Both the position numbers and the translations under genes were made by a program. From positions 900 through 64,899 of the forward strand of contig CAIVWG010000083.1 in NCBI GenBank assembly GCA_903909555.1: a stretch of 64,000 nucleotides of DNA, given 5' to 3'. A model generated the notes under the pieces. That model was given only the letters and a program-made list of their open reading frames with translations. It did no database searches and had not been told where the DNA came from. This DNA comes from an uncultured bacterium. GTDB taxonomy: Bacteria > Actinomycetota > Actinomycetes > S36-B12. Below are positions 1 through 9,517 of this stretch, in pieces (positions within the stretch are counted from its first letter, which is position 1; every line of letters begins with the position of its first letter).

Positions 1-983
1 GCCAGGGCCGCGGAGAACTGCGTGGCCGGGTCCTTCGGATCGCCCATGGTGAGGGCCTCGGCCGCCGCCTTGTATCGGACCATGAACTCCTCGTAGATGC
101 CGCGCTGGACGTAGAGGCGGCTCCCCGCGAGGCACACCTGCCCGGCGTTGCGGAAGATGGCCTCGACCGCCCAGTGGACGGCGTTGTCGAGGTCGGCGTC
201 GTCGAACACGATGTTGGCGCCCTTGCCCCCCAGTTCGAGGCTCACCGGCGTGAGGTTGCGCGCGGCGACCGCGCTGATGATCTTGCCCGTCCCGGACTCG
301 CCGGTGAACGTGATGCGGTCGACGTCGGGATTCTCGGTGAGGGCCGAGCCCGCCGAGTCCGGGCCGTAGCCATGAAGGACGTTGAGGACCCCGGGCGGGA
401 ACCCGGCCTCGATGGCGAGGCGCCCCATGATCGTCGCGGACACGGGAGTGTCCTCGGCGGGCTTCCACACCACGGTGTTGCCCCAGGCCAGGGCGGGCAT
501 GACCTTCCAGGTCCCCAGCATCAGGGGGAAGTTCCACGGCGAGATCGCCGCGACGACGCCCACGGGCTCGAAGCGCGTGTACGCGTGGTGGCCGGTGTCC
601 ATGGGGAGGGCCTCACCGGTCGACATGCGGGCGTGGTCGGCGAAGAACCGCACGTTGAGAACCGACCGGGACACGTCGTGCAGTGACTGAGTGATCGGCT
701 TGCCCATGTCTCGCGTGTCAGCCATGGCGAGCTCGTTGGCGTTCTGCTCCATGAGGTCGGCCAGGCGGTGCATGAGCGTCTGCCGCTTCTCGTAGCCCAT
801 GGTCGGCCAGGGCCCGTGGTCGAAGGCGTGCCGCGCGGCCGCGACGGCACGGTCGGCGTCCGGCTTGCCCCCGAGGGCGACGGTGGCCCACGTCTCCCGC
901 GTGTAGGGGTCGATGTCGGGCATCGTGGCACCGTCCAGGGAGGGGACCTCGTGACCGTCGATGATGTGCCCGTAGAACTCCAT
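1..983 (-). CDS. Aldehyde dehydrogenase family protein (3' end cut by window edge)
   Basis: Not in the ORF track because it runs off the window. Reverse-strand translation from ATG (complement of 981-983) reads MEFYGHIIDGHEVPSLDG...AISPWNFPLML...FTGESGTGKII...LELGGKGANIVF...RNAGQVCLAGSRLYV. These are the ALDH ELGGK and catalytic-Cys motifs. No stop occurs down to position 1. SD-like GGAGGG lies just upstream (complement of 988-993). Confidence 0.9.
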   Translation of the reverse strand, partial: MEFYGHIIDGHEVPSLDGATMPDIDPYTRETWATVALGGKPDADRAVAAARHAFDHGPWPTMGYEKRQTLMHRLADLMEQNANELAMADTRDMGKPITQSLHDVSRSVLNVRFFADHARMSTGEALPMDTGHHAYTRFEPVGVVAAISPWNFPLMLGTWKVMPALAWGNTVVWKPAEDTPVSATIMGRLAIEAGFPPGVLNVLHGYGPDSAGSALTENPDVDRITFTGESGTGKIISAVAARNLTPVSLELGGKGANIVFDDADLDNAVHWAVEAIFRNAGQVCLAGSRLYVQRGIYEEFMVRYKAAAEALTMGDPKDPATQFSAAL

Positions 984-1111
984 GGTTCCCTCCGAATCCG
1001 AGTCGGCGCCATCGTCCCACGGGGGCGCGCGACCGCCGCATCGGCGTTCCGGGGACGGGGACGGGCGGGCTTCGGGGGCGCGGGCGTCGGCGCTGCGGGA
1101 AGCTCCGGTCT

Positions 1112-1531
1112 TCAGCCGGGCAGGAAACTCAGCCGGACCTTCCGCTGAGGGTTGTCGGCGTTCGTGTCCACGAGGACCACGCTCTGCCAGGTGCCCAACG
1201 TCGGGGTCCCGGCGATCACCGGAAGCAGGACGCTCGGGGAGATGAACGCGGGCAGCACGTGGTCGCGGCCGTGGCCCGGGCTGCCGTGACGGTGTCGGTA
1301 CTCCGCATCCCGGGGGAGGATCGACTCGAGTGCGAGGGCGAGGTCCTCGTCGCTCCCGCTGCCGACCTCCATGAGCGCCACCCCCGCCGTGGCGTGGGGA
1401 ACGAACACGAGGCAGGCGCCGTCCCCCTTGCCGTGGCAGAAGCGAAGGACTGCGTCGGTGATGTCGGTGACGGGCCGGGAACCGGTGCGCACGTCGATGA
1501 GGGCGGTCTCCACGAGCCCATGATGTCCCAC
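1112..1531 (-). CDS. YjbQ/UPF0047 family protein (secondary thiamine-phosphate synthase-like)
   Basis: 139-aa ORF. The pattern ...TDITDAV...GACLVFVPHATAGVALMEV...DL...HGSPGHGRDHVLPAFISPSVLLPV..GTPTLGTWQSVVLVD... is typical of the YjbQ family. The true start may be an internal GTG, because only 32 nt separate it from the divergent gene. Confidence 0.8.
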   Translation of the reverse strand: MGHHGLVETALIDVRTGSRPVTDITDAVLRFCHGKGDGACLVFVPHATAGVALMEVGSGSDEDLALALESILPRDAEYRHRHGSPGHGRDHVLPAFISPSVLLPVIAGTPTLGTWQSVVLVDTNADNPQRKVRLSFLPG

Positions 1532-1563
1532 GTCCGCCGCTCATCCCGTGGGATCATCACGGC

Positions 1564-2139
1564 ATGTGGTGGTTTTACACCGTCATCCTCGGCATGTCCT
1601 TCGGCCAGGTCCTGCACGGGCTCGCGCAGGGGGTGCGCTCGTGGCGCATCTACGACGATCGCCGGATCTACCTGCCGGGGACCCTCTGGCAGGTCTTCCT
1701 CCTCGTGCTCATCGTGCAGGTGTGGCTTGCCGTGACCTACTTCCGCGAGACGGTGACCCAGATCTCCATCCTCGGTCTCGTCGCGTTCCTGTGCGTGCCG
1801 GCGGGCATCTTCATCATGACCTCGCTCCTCCCCGGTCAGGACGGTGACGACGACGAGGGCGCGCCGACGTACGACGAGCTCTTCGCCCGCACACGCCCGC
1901 TCTTCTTCGGCGTGCTCATCGTCATGGTCCTCATCAATGCCGTCCACGGGATCCTCATGGGCGAACTCGCCCTCGACATGGACCTGCTCTTCCAGTCGCT
2001 CATCGTCGTGGGCGGCGTCGTGGGCCTGTTCCTCCGGCGGCCGTCCGCCGATGCGGTCCTCGCGGGGACGATGATCGTCCTCGTGGTGCTCTACATCGCC
2101 GTGGGGTACAGCAGCGTCGAGGTCATTCCCGTCGACTGA
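1564..2139 (+). CDS. Hypothetical integral membrane protein
   Basis: 191-aa ORF with about 5-6 hydrophobic segments and high GC3. No recognisable family motif. Confidence 0.5.
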   Translation: MWWFYTVILGMSFGQVLHGLAQGVRSWRIYDDRRIYLPGTLWQVFLLVLIVQVWLAVTYFRETVTQISILGLVAFLCVPAGIFIMTSLLPGQDGDDDEGAPTYDELFARTRPLFFGVLIVMVLINAVHGILMGELALDMDLLFQSLIVVGGVVGLFLRRPSADAVLAGTMIVLVVLYIAVGYSSVEVIPVD

Positions 2140-2157
2140 CCCGCGTCCCGCGCGCCG

Positions 2158-3234
2158 TCAGCGTCGGGGCTCGAGCAGTTCCCGCACATCGATCGCCCCG
2201 ACGGGGCGGTCCAGCTGGGCGTAGGTGCACGACCCGGGCTCGCGATCCGGCCGCCACCTGAGGAACGTCGCCACATGGCGAAGTCGCTCGCCCTCCATCT
2301 GGTCGTAGGCCACCTCCGCGACGAGATCGGGTCGCAGCGGCGTCCATGCACTGTCCCGCCCGCGCGACCAGCGGTTGACCCCACCGGGGATCCGGGTCCC
2401 CTCGCGCGGCTCGGTCCACGGGTGCGGGTCCGTCGGCGAGACGACCGCGGTCGCCAGTTCTCGGGTGAGCTCAGCGCGGCGCCGGGCGGAGAATCCCGAC
2501 GCCACGCCCACGTGGTGCAGTCGCCCGCCGTCGTCGTAGAGGCCGAGGAGCAGCGAGCCGACCTCGCCGTCGGTCTTGTGCGGGCGAAATCCGGCGACGA
2601 CGACATCGGCGGTACGCCGGTGCTTCACCTTCCCCAACGTCCGCTTGCCAGGTGCGTAGGGCTCCGCGCCGTCCTTGACGATGACCCCGTCGAGGCCGGC
2701 CGACTCGAGGGTGTCGAACCACGTCCGCGCACGTCCCGGGTCGGAGGTGCGCGGGCTCTGCACGATGGGGAGGGCCGCGGAGAGCAGCGCGGCGTCGAGG
2801 CGCTCGTGACGCACGGACAGGGGTTGGTCCAGGAGGTCCTCGGAGCCGAACGCGAGAATGTCGAAGGCCACGTAGGTCGCGGGGGTGTCGCGCGCGAGGG
2901 CGGCGATCGAGGATCCCCCTGCCTCCGACCTCGGACGGATGCGCGCCCCGAGCGCCTCGAAATCCAGTCGCGACCCCCGGACGATGACGAGTTCGCCGTC
3001 AAGGACCACCGCCGGGGGGAGCAGTGCGCGGCAGGCATCGACGATCTCGGGGAACGCGTAGGCGAGGTCATCGCCACCGCGACCTTGGATCACCACGTCG
3101 TCTCCGTCTCTGAAGACGATCGCCCGGAAGCCGTCCCACTTGGGCTCGTACACGAGGCCGTCCCCCTCGGGGACGACGTTGCCGCGGGGCGCCGCAAGCA
3201 TAGGCGCGATAGGCGGTCGGAGGGGCAGGCCCAC
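2158..3234 (-). CDS. ligC: ATP-dependent DNA ligase, LigC type
   Basis: C-terminal 358 aa of the 641-aa track ORF. Motifs present are the adenylation motif YEPKWDGFR, ATYVAFDIL, GLDGVIVK, KVKHRRTADVVVAG and an OB-fold tail ending RWRPDREPGSCTYAQL. The N-terminus VGLPLRPPIAPMLAAP from GTG at 3234 aligns with the remembered mycobacterial LigC start MDLPVMPPVSPMLAKS. The upstream part of the track ORF is antisense to zapE. Confidence 0.85.
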   Translation of the reverse strand: MGLPLRPPIAPMLAAPRGNVVPEGDGLVYEPKWDGFRAIVFRDGDDVVIQGRGGDDLAYAFPEIVDACRALLPPAVVLDGELVIVRGSRLDFEALGARIRPRSEAGGSSIAALARDTPATYVAFDILAFGSEDLLDQPLSVRHERLDAALLSAALPIVQSPRTSDPGRARTWFDTLESAGLDGVIVKDGAEPYAPGKRTLGKVKHRRTADVVVAGFRPHKTDGEVGSLLLGLYDDGGRLHHVGVASGFSARRRAELTRELATAVVSPTDPHPWTEPREGTRIPGGVNRWSRGRDSAWTPLRPDLVAEVAYDQMEGERLRHVATFLRWRPDREPGSCTYAQLDRPVGAIDVRELLEPRR

Positions 3235-3288
3235 GGGGCGATGGTGGCACGCGCGCTCCCGCGGGCGCGTCGCGGATAGCATCCGTGC

Positions 3289-4293
3289 GTGCCAGGGCGA
3301 CTCGCGGACCGCGCGCCCGAGGTGACCCCGCAGCGGATCCTCGCCGACCTGGTGCCACCGCCGCACTTCCGCGACGCCCGCTTCGGCACCTACATCCCCG
3401 ACCCGAGGGAGCCCAGCCAGGGCGCGGCCGTCGCGGCACTCGAGGCCTTCGCGGCGCGCCTGGCTGCCCCGCCTCCGTCGCGGCGGCGATGGGGGCGCGC
3501 GTCCCCGCCCGAGTACCGGGCCGGGGTCTACCTCGACGGCGGATTCGGCGTCGGCAAGACCCACCTCCTCGCCGCACTCTGGTACGCCGCCCCGGAGCCC
3601 AAGGCCTACGGGACGTTCGTGGAGTACACCAACCTGGTGGGGGCCCTGGGATTCGCCTCGGCGGTGGACGCCCTGCAGGCCTACCGCCTGGTGTGCATCG
3701 ACGAGTTCGAGCTCGACGACCCGGGCGACACGGTCTTGATGTCGACGCTGCTGGGGAAGCTGGTCGACGCGGGGGTGAGGCTGGCGGCGACCTCCAACAC
3801 CCTGCCGGAGCGGCTGGGTGAGGAGCGATTCGCCGCGGAGGACTTCCTGCGGGAGATCCAGGGGCTGTCCGCCCACTTCGACGTCGTGCGCATCGAGGGC
3901 GAGGACTACCGGCACCGCGGTCTCCCCGAGGCTCCCGAGCCGTGGGACGAGGACGCGCTGCGGGCGAGCGCCGACCAGTGGCCGGGGGCGACCTACGACG
4001 CGTGGCCCGACCTCCAGCGGCACCTGTCCACGATCCACCCGTCCCGGTATGGCGCCCTGCTCGACGACGTGAGCGCGGTCCACCTGTCAGGGGTCCGCAC
4101 GCTCACCGACCAGGTGCAGGCGCTGCGCACGGTGGTCCTGGTGGACCGCCTCTACGACCGTGACATCCCCGTCCGGTCGAGCGGCGTGCCCCTCGATCGG
4201 ATGTTCTCCGAGGAGATGCTGGGCGGGGGGTACCGCAAGAAGTACCGCCGGGCGATCTCCCGCGTGACCGCGCTGGCCCGGCCGCAGGATTAG
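3289..4293 (+). CDS. zapE: Cell division protein ZapE / AFG1-like ATPase
   Basis: 334 aa. Walker A GGFGVGKTHLL and Walker B LVCIDEFELDD, followed by ATSNTLPE, are typical of AFG1/ZapE. Confidence 0.85.
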   Translation: MPGRLADRAPEVTPQRILADLVPPPHFRDARFGTYIPDPREPSQGAAVAALEAFAARLAAPPPSRRRWGRASPPEYRAGVYLDGGFGVGKTHLLAALWYAAPEPKAYGTFVEYTNLVGALGFASAVDALQAYRLVCIDEFELDDPGDTVLMSTLLGKLVDAGVRLAATSNTLPERLGEERFAAEDFLREIQGLSAHFDVVRIEGEDYRHRGLPEAPEPWDEDALRASADQWPGATYDAWPDLQRHLSTIHPSRYGALLDDVSAVHLSGVRTLTDQVQALRTVVLVDRLYDRDIPVRSSGVPLDRMFSEEMLGGGYRKKYRRAISRVTALARPQD

Positions 4294-4341
4294 TCGGGCC
4301 GGTTACGGGACAATGCTGCCGGAAGGTGCCATAGTCCCCGC

Positions 4342-4611
4342 ATGCAGATGTACGGGTTCTTCAGCGTCCTGGGCGTCGGGATCGTCATCGGCCTCATCGC
4401 CCGCCTCCTCGTGCCCAGCATGCAGCCCATCGGCTGCATCATGACCATCCTCTGCGGCATCGTGGGCGCGGCGATCGGACTGTGGATCGGCGTTCAATTC
4501 CTCGGGCAGGATTTCGGGTTCAGCTGGATCACCTTCCTGGTCCAGATCCTCGTGGCCGTCGTTCTCGTCGCCGTCGTGGCGGCACTGTTCCGACGAAGTA
4601 GCGTCGACTAG
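4342..4611 (+). CDS. GlsB/YeaQ/YmgE family stress-response membrane protein
   Basis: 89 aa with three glycine-rich TM segments (GVGIVIGLIARLL.., ILCGIVGAAIGLWIG) characteristic of transglycosylase-associated/GlsB proteins. Confidence 0.8.
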   Translation: MQMYGFFSVLGVGIVIGLIARLLVPSMQPIGCIMTILCGIVGAAIGLWIGVQFLGQDFGFSWITFLVQILVAVVLVAVVAALFRRSSVD

Positions 4612-4664
4612 ACCCGGGCGACAGCGCGGACCGGCCGACGCACCGACAGCCTCGCGGGCACCGG

Positions 4665-5678
4665 TCAGGAGAGCGTGGCGACCATGAGCGCCTTGATGGT
4701 GTGGAGACGGTTCTCCGCCTCGTCGAACACCACGCTGGCAGGCGACTCGAACACCTCGTGGGCGACCTCGAGACCGTCGACGAGCCCGGTCTCGGTGGCC
4801 ACCCTGCTCCCGACCTCGGTCCGGGCATCGTGGAACGCCGGCAGGCAGTGGAGGAACTTCACGCGCGGGTTGCCGGTGAGTTCCAGCGTCGTGGCATCGA
4901 CGCGGTAGGGGCGCAGCAGGGAGATGCGCTCCTCCCACACGTCAGCGGGCTCGCCCAGGGACACCCAGACGTCCGTCTCGACGAAGTCGGCGCCGGGCAG
5001 TGCTTCGCCGGGATCCTCCGTGATGACCAGTTGCGCACCGGACTCGGCCGCGCGTTCGCCCGCGATCTGCTGGACCTCCTCCTCGGGCCAGAGCTCCCGC
5101 GGTGCGCAGATGCGGACGTCGCACCCCATGATGGCGCCCATGACGAGCATGGAGTTCCCCATGTTGCTGCGCGCGTCCCCGAGGTAGGCGTAGGCCGTGT
5201 CCGAGAAGGGCTTGCCGCTGTGCTCCCTCATCGTGAGGAAGTCCGCGAGCATCTGCGTGGGGTGCCATTCGTCGGTGAGCCCGTTGTACACGGGCACGGA
5301 GCTGTGAGCGGCAAGCTCCTCGACCGTCGACTGGGCGTAGCCGCGGTATTGGATGGCGTCGTACATGCGATCGAGGACACGCGCCGTGTCGGCAGCGGTC
5401 TCCTTGCTGCCGATGTGCGACGAAGCCGGGTCGAGGGTGGTCGCCAGGGCGCCCTGGTGGAAGGCGGCGACCTCGAAGGCCGAGCGGGTTCGCGTCGATG
5501 CCTTCTCGAAGACCAGGGCGATCGCCTTCCCCCGCAGTCGCTGGACCTCTGCGCCGTCCGCGCGCTCGCGCTTCAGTTGCGCCGCGAGATCCAGCAGGGC
5601 GGTCAGCTCCTCGACCGTGAAGTCGGCCTCCCGGAGGAAGTCACGACCGCGGAGCGACGACGTACGGCTGCCGGTCAT
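4665..5678 (-). CDS. argF: Ornithine carbamoyltransferase (ArgI/ArcB-like)
   Basis: 337 aa. Carbamoyl-phosphate motif [19 protein letters not shown] and HCLPAFHD are present. The C-terminus [29 protein letters not shown] is near-identical in pattern to enterobacterial ArgI and Pseudomonas ArcB. The ornithine-loop reads DVWVSLG rather than DVWVSMG. Confidence 0.9.
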   Translation of the reverse strand: MTGSRTSSLRGRDFLREADFTVEELTALLDLAAQLKRERADGAEVQRLRGKAIALVFEKASTRTRSAFEVAAFHQGALATTLDPASSHIGSKETAADTARVLDRMYDAIQYRGYAQSTVEELAAHSSVPVYNGLTDEWHPTQMLADFLTMREHSGKPFSDTAYAYLGDARSNMGNSMLVMGAIMGCDVRICAPRELWPEEEVQQIAGERAAESGAQLVITEDPGEALPGADFVETDVWVSLGEPADVWEERISLLRPYRVDATTLELTGNPRVKFLHCLPAFHDARTEVGSRVATETGLVDGLEVAHEVFESPASVVFDEAENRLHTIKALMVATLS

Positions 5679-5745
5679 CGCCTCAGCCTAGGGGTCGCCC
5701 TTCGCCCGGGTCCGCAGTACTGTGCCCGCATCAGCCTGAAGCGAG

Positions 5746-7407
5746 GTGGCGTGCGTGTCGAAGCCCTCTCCCTCCTTCGCCGCGGGTCCGCTCGAGCCCG
5801 CACTCCTGCCGGGGACCATCAGCGCGAACCTCCGTGCGACCGCGGCACGCGTCCCCGACGGCGATGCGCTCGTCGATTGCCCTACCGGGCAGCGCTGGAC
5901 GTACCGGGAGTTCCTCGAGGAGGTCGAGGCGTGCGCCGCTGGCCTGGTGAGCCTCGGAGTGCGCCCGGGAGATCGGGTGGGCATCTGGTCTCCCAACCGT
6001 GCCGAGTGGGTCCTGACGCAGTACGCCTCGGCGATGATCGGTGCGATCCTGGTCACGATCAATCCGGCCTACCGGACCCACGAACTCGCGTATGTCCTGC
6101 GGCAGTCGGGCGTGTCGATGCTGGTGAGCGCCCCGGAGTTCAAGGCCAGCGACTACCGCGCCATGGTGACGCAGGTGCGCGGGGAATGCCCTGGTCTCCG
6201 CGAGGTCGTCTTCTTCGACGATCCCGGCTGGGACTCGCTCATGGCCACGGGCCGCATGGGCGACCACGCCGAGGTGCGCCGGCTGGAGGCCGGACTCGCC
6301 GCGAGTGACGCCATCAACGTCCAGTACACCTCGGGGACCACCGGGTTTCCCAAGGGAGCGACCCTCACGCACCGCAACATCCTCAACACCGGCTTCATGG
6401 TGGGGGAGGCGAATGCCTACGGCGAATCCGACCGCATCTGCATTCCCGTGCCCTTCTATCACTGCTTCGGCATGGTGCTGGGCAATCTCGCCGCCACCAC
6501 GCACGGCTCAGCCATGGTGATTCCGGCCCAGGGCTTCGACCCCGGCCTCACGCTCGCGGCCGTGGAGTCCGAGCGCTGCACCTCGCTGTACGGCGTGCCC
6601 ACCATGTTCATCGCCATGCTGAGCCACGACGGCATCGATTCCTTCGACCTGTCATCGCTGCGCACCGGCATCATGGCGGGCTCTCCCTGCCCCGTCGAGG
6701 TGATGAAGCAGGTGATCGACCGCATGGGCATGACCGAGGTGTCGATCTGCTACGGCATGACGGAGACGTCCCCGGTGTCCACGCAGACCTCCCGTGACGA
6801 CTCCGTGGAGCGGAGGGTCTCCACCGTGGGACGAGTCCACCCGCACGTCGAGATCAAGGTCATCGACCCCGGGTCGGGGGAGGTCGTGCCCCGCGGCGAG
6901 GCGGGGGAACTGTGCACCCGGGGTTACTCCGTGATGCTCGGGTACTGGGAGGAGCCGGACAGGACCGCCGAGGCCGTCGATGCGGACGGGTGGATGCATA
7001 CGGGCGACATCGCGGTGATGGACCACGAGGGATACGTCAACATCACCGGACGCATCAAGGACATGGTCATCCGGGGCGGGGAGAATATCTACCCGCGCGA
7101 GATCGAGGAGTTCCTCTACGCCCACCCCGACGTTCTCGACGCCCAGGTCATCGGTGTCCCGGACGCCGTGTACGGCGAGGAGCTCGTCGCGTGGCTGCGG
7201 CTGCGGCCGGGAGCCGATCCTGTCACCGCCGACCACCTGCGGGACTTCTGCGCCGGGAAGCTGGCTCACTACAAGATCCCCCGCTACGTCAAGATCGTCG
7301 ATGAGTTCCCGATGACGGTGACGGGGAAGGTGCGCAAGGTCGAGATGCGCGAGGCGTCCATCGATGAGCTGGGCCTGCAAGCTGAGGCGCGGACGCCGAC
7401 GGCGTGA
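5746..7407 (+). CDS. AMP-dependent acyl-CoA synthetase/ligase
   Basis: 553 aa. AMP-binding signature [19 protein letters not shown], plus [20 protein letters not shown] and the C-terminal GKVRK lysine motif. GTG start. Confidence 0.85.
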   Translation: MACVSKPSPSFAAGPLEPALLPGTISANLRATAARVPDGDALVDCPTGQRWTYREFLEEVEACAAGLVSLGVRPGDRVGIWSPNRAEWVLTQYASAMIGAILVTINPAYRTHELAYVLRQSGVSMLVSAPEFKASDYRAMVTQVRGECPGLREVVFFDDPGWDSLMATGRMGDHAEVRRLEAGLAASDAINVQYTSGTTGFPKGATLTHRNILNTGFMVGEANAYGESDRICIPVPFYHCFGMVLGNLAATTHGSAMVIPAQGFDPGLTLAAVESERCTSLYGVPTMFIAMLSHDGIDSFDLSSLRTGIMAGSPCPVEVMKQVIDRMGMTEVSICYGMTETSPVSTQTSRDDSVERRVSTVGRVHPHVEIKVIDPGSGEVVPRGEAGELCTRGYSVMLGYWEEPDRTAEAVDADGWMHTGDIAVMDHEGYVNITGRIKDMVIRGGENIYPREIEEFLYAHPDVLDAQVIGVPDAVYGEELVAWLRLRPGADPVTADHLRDFCAGKLAHYKIPRYVKIVDEFPMTVTGKVRKVEMREASIDELGLQAEARTPTA

Positions 7408-7415
7408 GGCGGGCG

Positions 7416-7832
7416 TCAGGCGCCTGCAGTTCCCGCCTGGGTCGCGGCTCGTTGCGGCCAGGTCAGGCCTTCGCGTCCCATTGCGGCATCGACGGCCACG
7501 CGCAGCCCCTCGACGGTGCCGGCCTGGTGCAGAGCGGCATCGTCGAGCAGCAGAACGACGCGACCGTCAGCGCAGTCGGCCACCACGCACGGCTCACGTC
7601 CCGACGTCGCCTGCGCGATTCGCGCGTCGCGCTCATTGCGGTGGGCCGCCTCGAAGGGGACCGGGAGGGAGGCGACGTAGGAGTCCCACTCTCGCCTGCG
7701 GCGAACGGGGGAGTGGGTGATGTCGCAGAGGGAGCAGTGGTGGCCCCGCACCTTCCCCATGAGGTAGGTCAGTTCGCCGCGCAGCCCACCGTCGGCGTCG
7801 TAGACGCCCACGAGCCGGGCCACCTCGGTCAC
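7416..7832 (-). CDS. Uncharacterised cytoplasmic protein with HHCSLCDITH motif
   Basis: 138-aa ORF with high GC3 and protein-like composition. The overlapping plus-strand reading (7404-7883) is Arg/Gly-rich shadow. No family assignable from memory. Confidence 0.55.
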   Translation of the reverse strand: MTEVARLVGVYDADGGLRGELTYLMGKVRGHHCSLCDITHSPVRRRREWDSYVASLPVPFEAAHRNERDARIAQATSGREPCVVADCADGRVVLLLDDAALHQAGTVEGLRVAVDAAMGREGLTWPQRAATQAGTAGA

Positions 7833-7883
7833 GCTCCCAGGCTAGGCCTCCCGGTCGATGCGCGCGCGTGGGAGCATCGGCGC

Positions 7884-8402
7884 GTGATCTCCCTGAACCG
7901 CCCGCTGCGGCACCTCGCCTGGGCCGACGCCCTGTTGTTCGCCGACCTCGCGGCCCTGCCGCCCGAGGCTCTCGCGGCCCGGTACTCCCCCTCGGCGTGG
8001 ACCGTCGGGGCGCTCGCACGGCACATCGTGGGCGGGGCGGAGTGGTACCGCTACTGCCTCACCGGGGAGCAGTGGACCGACCTGGTCGATCCCGCGGGCC
8101 CCGACGACGTGATCGCCCTGGGCACGCACCTCGCGGGCCTGGACGCCGACCTCCTGGGCCAGGCGGCGCTGCCGGACGCGATGGTGGAGTTCACCGACGA
8201 GGAGGGCCGGCGCACCGCGTGGCGATCGACCATCCTCACGCAGGCCTGCCTGCACTCCATCGAGCATCGCGCCCAGATCGCGTGCGCGCTCGAGGCGTGC
8301 GGATTCGCCCCGATCGTCCTCGACGACTACGACCTGTGGGCCTTCGAGGCTCACGAGCGGGATGTCGCCTCACCCGGCGGCGGGGGAGAGGACAGTCCAT
8401 GA
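7884..8402 (+). CDS. DinB family protein (DinB/YfiT-like four-helix bundle)
   Basis: In-frame GTG at 7884 within track ORF 7404-8402. The pattern LRHLAWADALLFADLAALP...WTVGALARHIVGGAEWY...ILTQACLHSIEHRAQI fits the DinB-fold His triad. Confidence 0.7.
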   Translation: MISLNRPLRHLAWADALLFADLAALPPEALAARYSPSAWTVGALARHIVGGAEWYRYCLTGEQWTDLVDPAGPDDVIALGTHLAGLDADLLGQAALPDAMVEFTDEEGRRTAWRSTILTQACLHSIEHRAQIACALEACGFAPIVLDDYDLWAFEAHERDVASPGGGGEDSP

Positions 8403-9517
8403 GCCAGGCACAAGCACCGGACATCGATCTGCGATCGGATACGGTCACCCATCCGACCGCGGCGATGCGCGAGGCCATGGCCCACGCCCCGCTGGGCGAC
8501 GATGTCTTCGGGGACGACCCCACGGTGCTGGCCCTCGAGCGTCGTGCGGCGGCCCTGCTCGACAAGGAGTCTGCGCTCTTCGTGCCGACGGGCACGATGG
8601 GCAATCTCGTGAGCCTCATGGCACACGTGCCCCGGGGCGGGGAGATCATCGCCCCCGCCGAGTCCCATGTCTACAACGACGAGGCGGCGAGCTACGCGGT
8701 CGTGGTGGGCGCGGGGTTGCGTCCCGTCTCGGAGACCCGCGACGGCGAGATGCCGGTGGAGGCCGTGGTCGACGCGATTCAGGACGCGTCGGATCCGCAC
8801 TGCCCGATCACCAGCCTCGTGGTGGTCGAGAACTGCCACGCGCACACCATGAGCCGCCCCATCACTCCCGCCTACATGTCGCGCCTTCGCCGGGCGCTGC
8901 CCGGCGAACTCCCGATCCACGTCGACGGCGCCCGTCTCTTCAACGCGTCCGTGGCCCTGCGGGTGCCGGTCGCCGACCTGGTGCGTGACGCGGACTCCGC
9001 GACGTTCTGCCTGAGCAAGGGGCTTGCCGCTCCCGTGGGCAGCGTGGTCGTGGGCAGTGCGGAGTTCATCGGCCGGGCGCGACGCGCGCGCAAGCTCGTG
9101 GGCGGCGGCATGCGCCAGGCAGGGGTCCTCGCAGCGGCGGGTCTCGTGGCGCTCGAGGACGGCGCCGACGGGACCGTGTCGCGACTGGCCGACGATCACG
9201 CGATGGCGAGCCTGCTCGCCGAGGGGCTCGCGGCGCAGCCGGGGATCGTGAGCCCCGGCCACATCGCCCAGCCGGACGGCGCGGGACTGGATCCGTCGCG
9301 AGTCGCGACGAACTTCGTCCTCTTCGCCGTGGAGGGCGGTCGCTCGCGGCGGACGGCGTACCTCGCGGCGCTGCGCGACAGGGGCGTGGGCATGGTGGCC
9401 TACCCGCATGGCCAGGTGCGCGCGGTCACCCACCTGGGCATCGGCCCGCGCGAGATCGAGGCCGTCCTCGACGCCAGCGCCGCAGCGCTGAGGCAGTCCG
9501 CGGCAGACGCTTGTTGA
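8399..9517 (+). CDS. ltaE: Low-specificity L-threonine aldolase (PLP-dependent)
   Basis: ATG at 8399 overlaps the DinB stop (ATGA). The sequence reads DLRSDTVTHPTAAMREAM...GDDVFGDDPTV..LE...FVPTGTMGNL...FCLSKGLAAPVGSVVVG...RKLVGGGMRQAG, which includes the PLP lysine motif of beta-eliminating lyase/threonine aldolase. Confidence 0.85.
   Translation: MSQAQAPDIDLRSDTVTHPTAAMREAMAHAPLGDDVFGDDPTVLALERRAAALLDKESALFVPTGTMGNLVSLMAHVPRGGEIIAPAESHVYNDEAASYAVVVGAGLRPVSETRDGEMPVEAVVDAIQDASDPHCPITSLVVVENCHAHTMSRPITPAYMSRLRRALPGELPIHVDGARLFNASVALRVPVADLVRDADSATFCLSKGLAAPVGSVVVGSAEFIGRARRARKLVGGGMRQAGVLAAAGLVALEDGADGTVSRLADDHAMASLLAEGLAAQPGIVSPGHIAQPDGAGLDPSRVATNFVLFAVEGGRSRRTAYLAALRDRGVGMVAYPHGQVRAVTHLGIGPREIEAVLDASAAALRQSAADAC

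Noticed and set aside
2158-4083. 641-aa ORF suggesting a large N-terminally extended DNA ligase
   Set aside because: The first roughly 280 codons are antisense to the well-supported zapE gene and have shadow-ORF composition. Ligase homology begins at the GTG at 3234, giving the 358-aa LigC size.
5715-5722. 8-bp palindrome CAGTACTG in the argF/acyl-CoA synthetase divergent region as an ARG box
   Set aside because: It does not resemble the ArgR box consensus. Perfect 8-bp palindromes are expected hundreds of times by chance in 64 kb.
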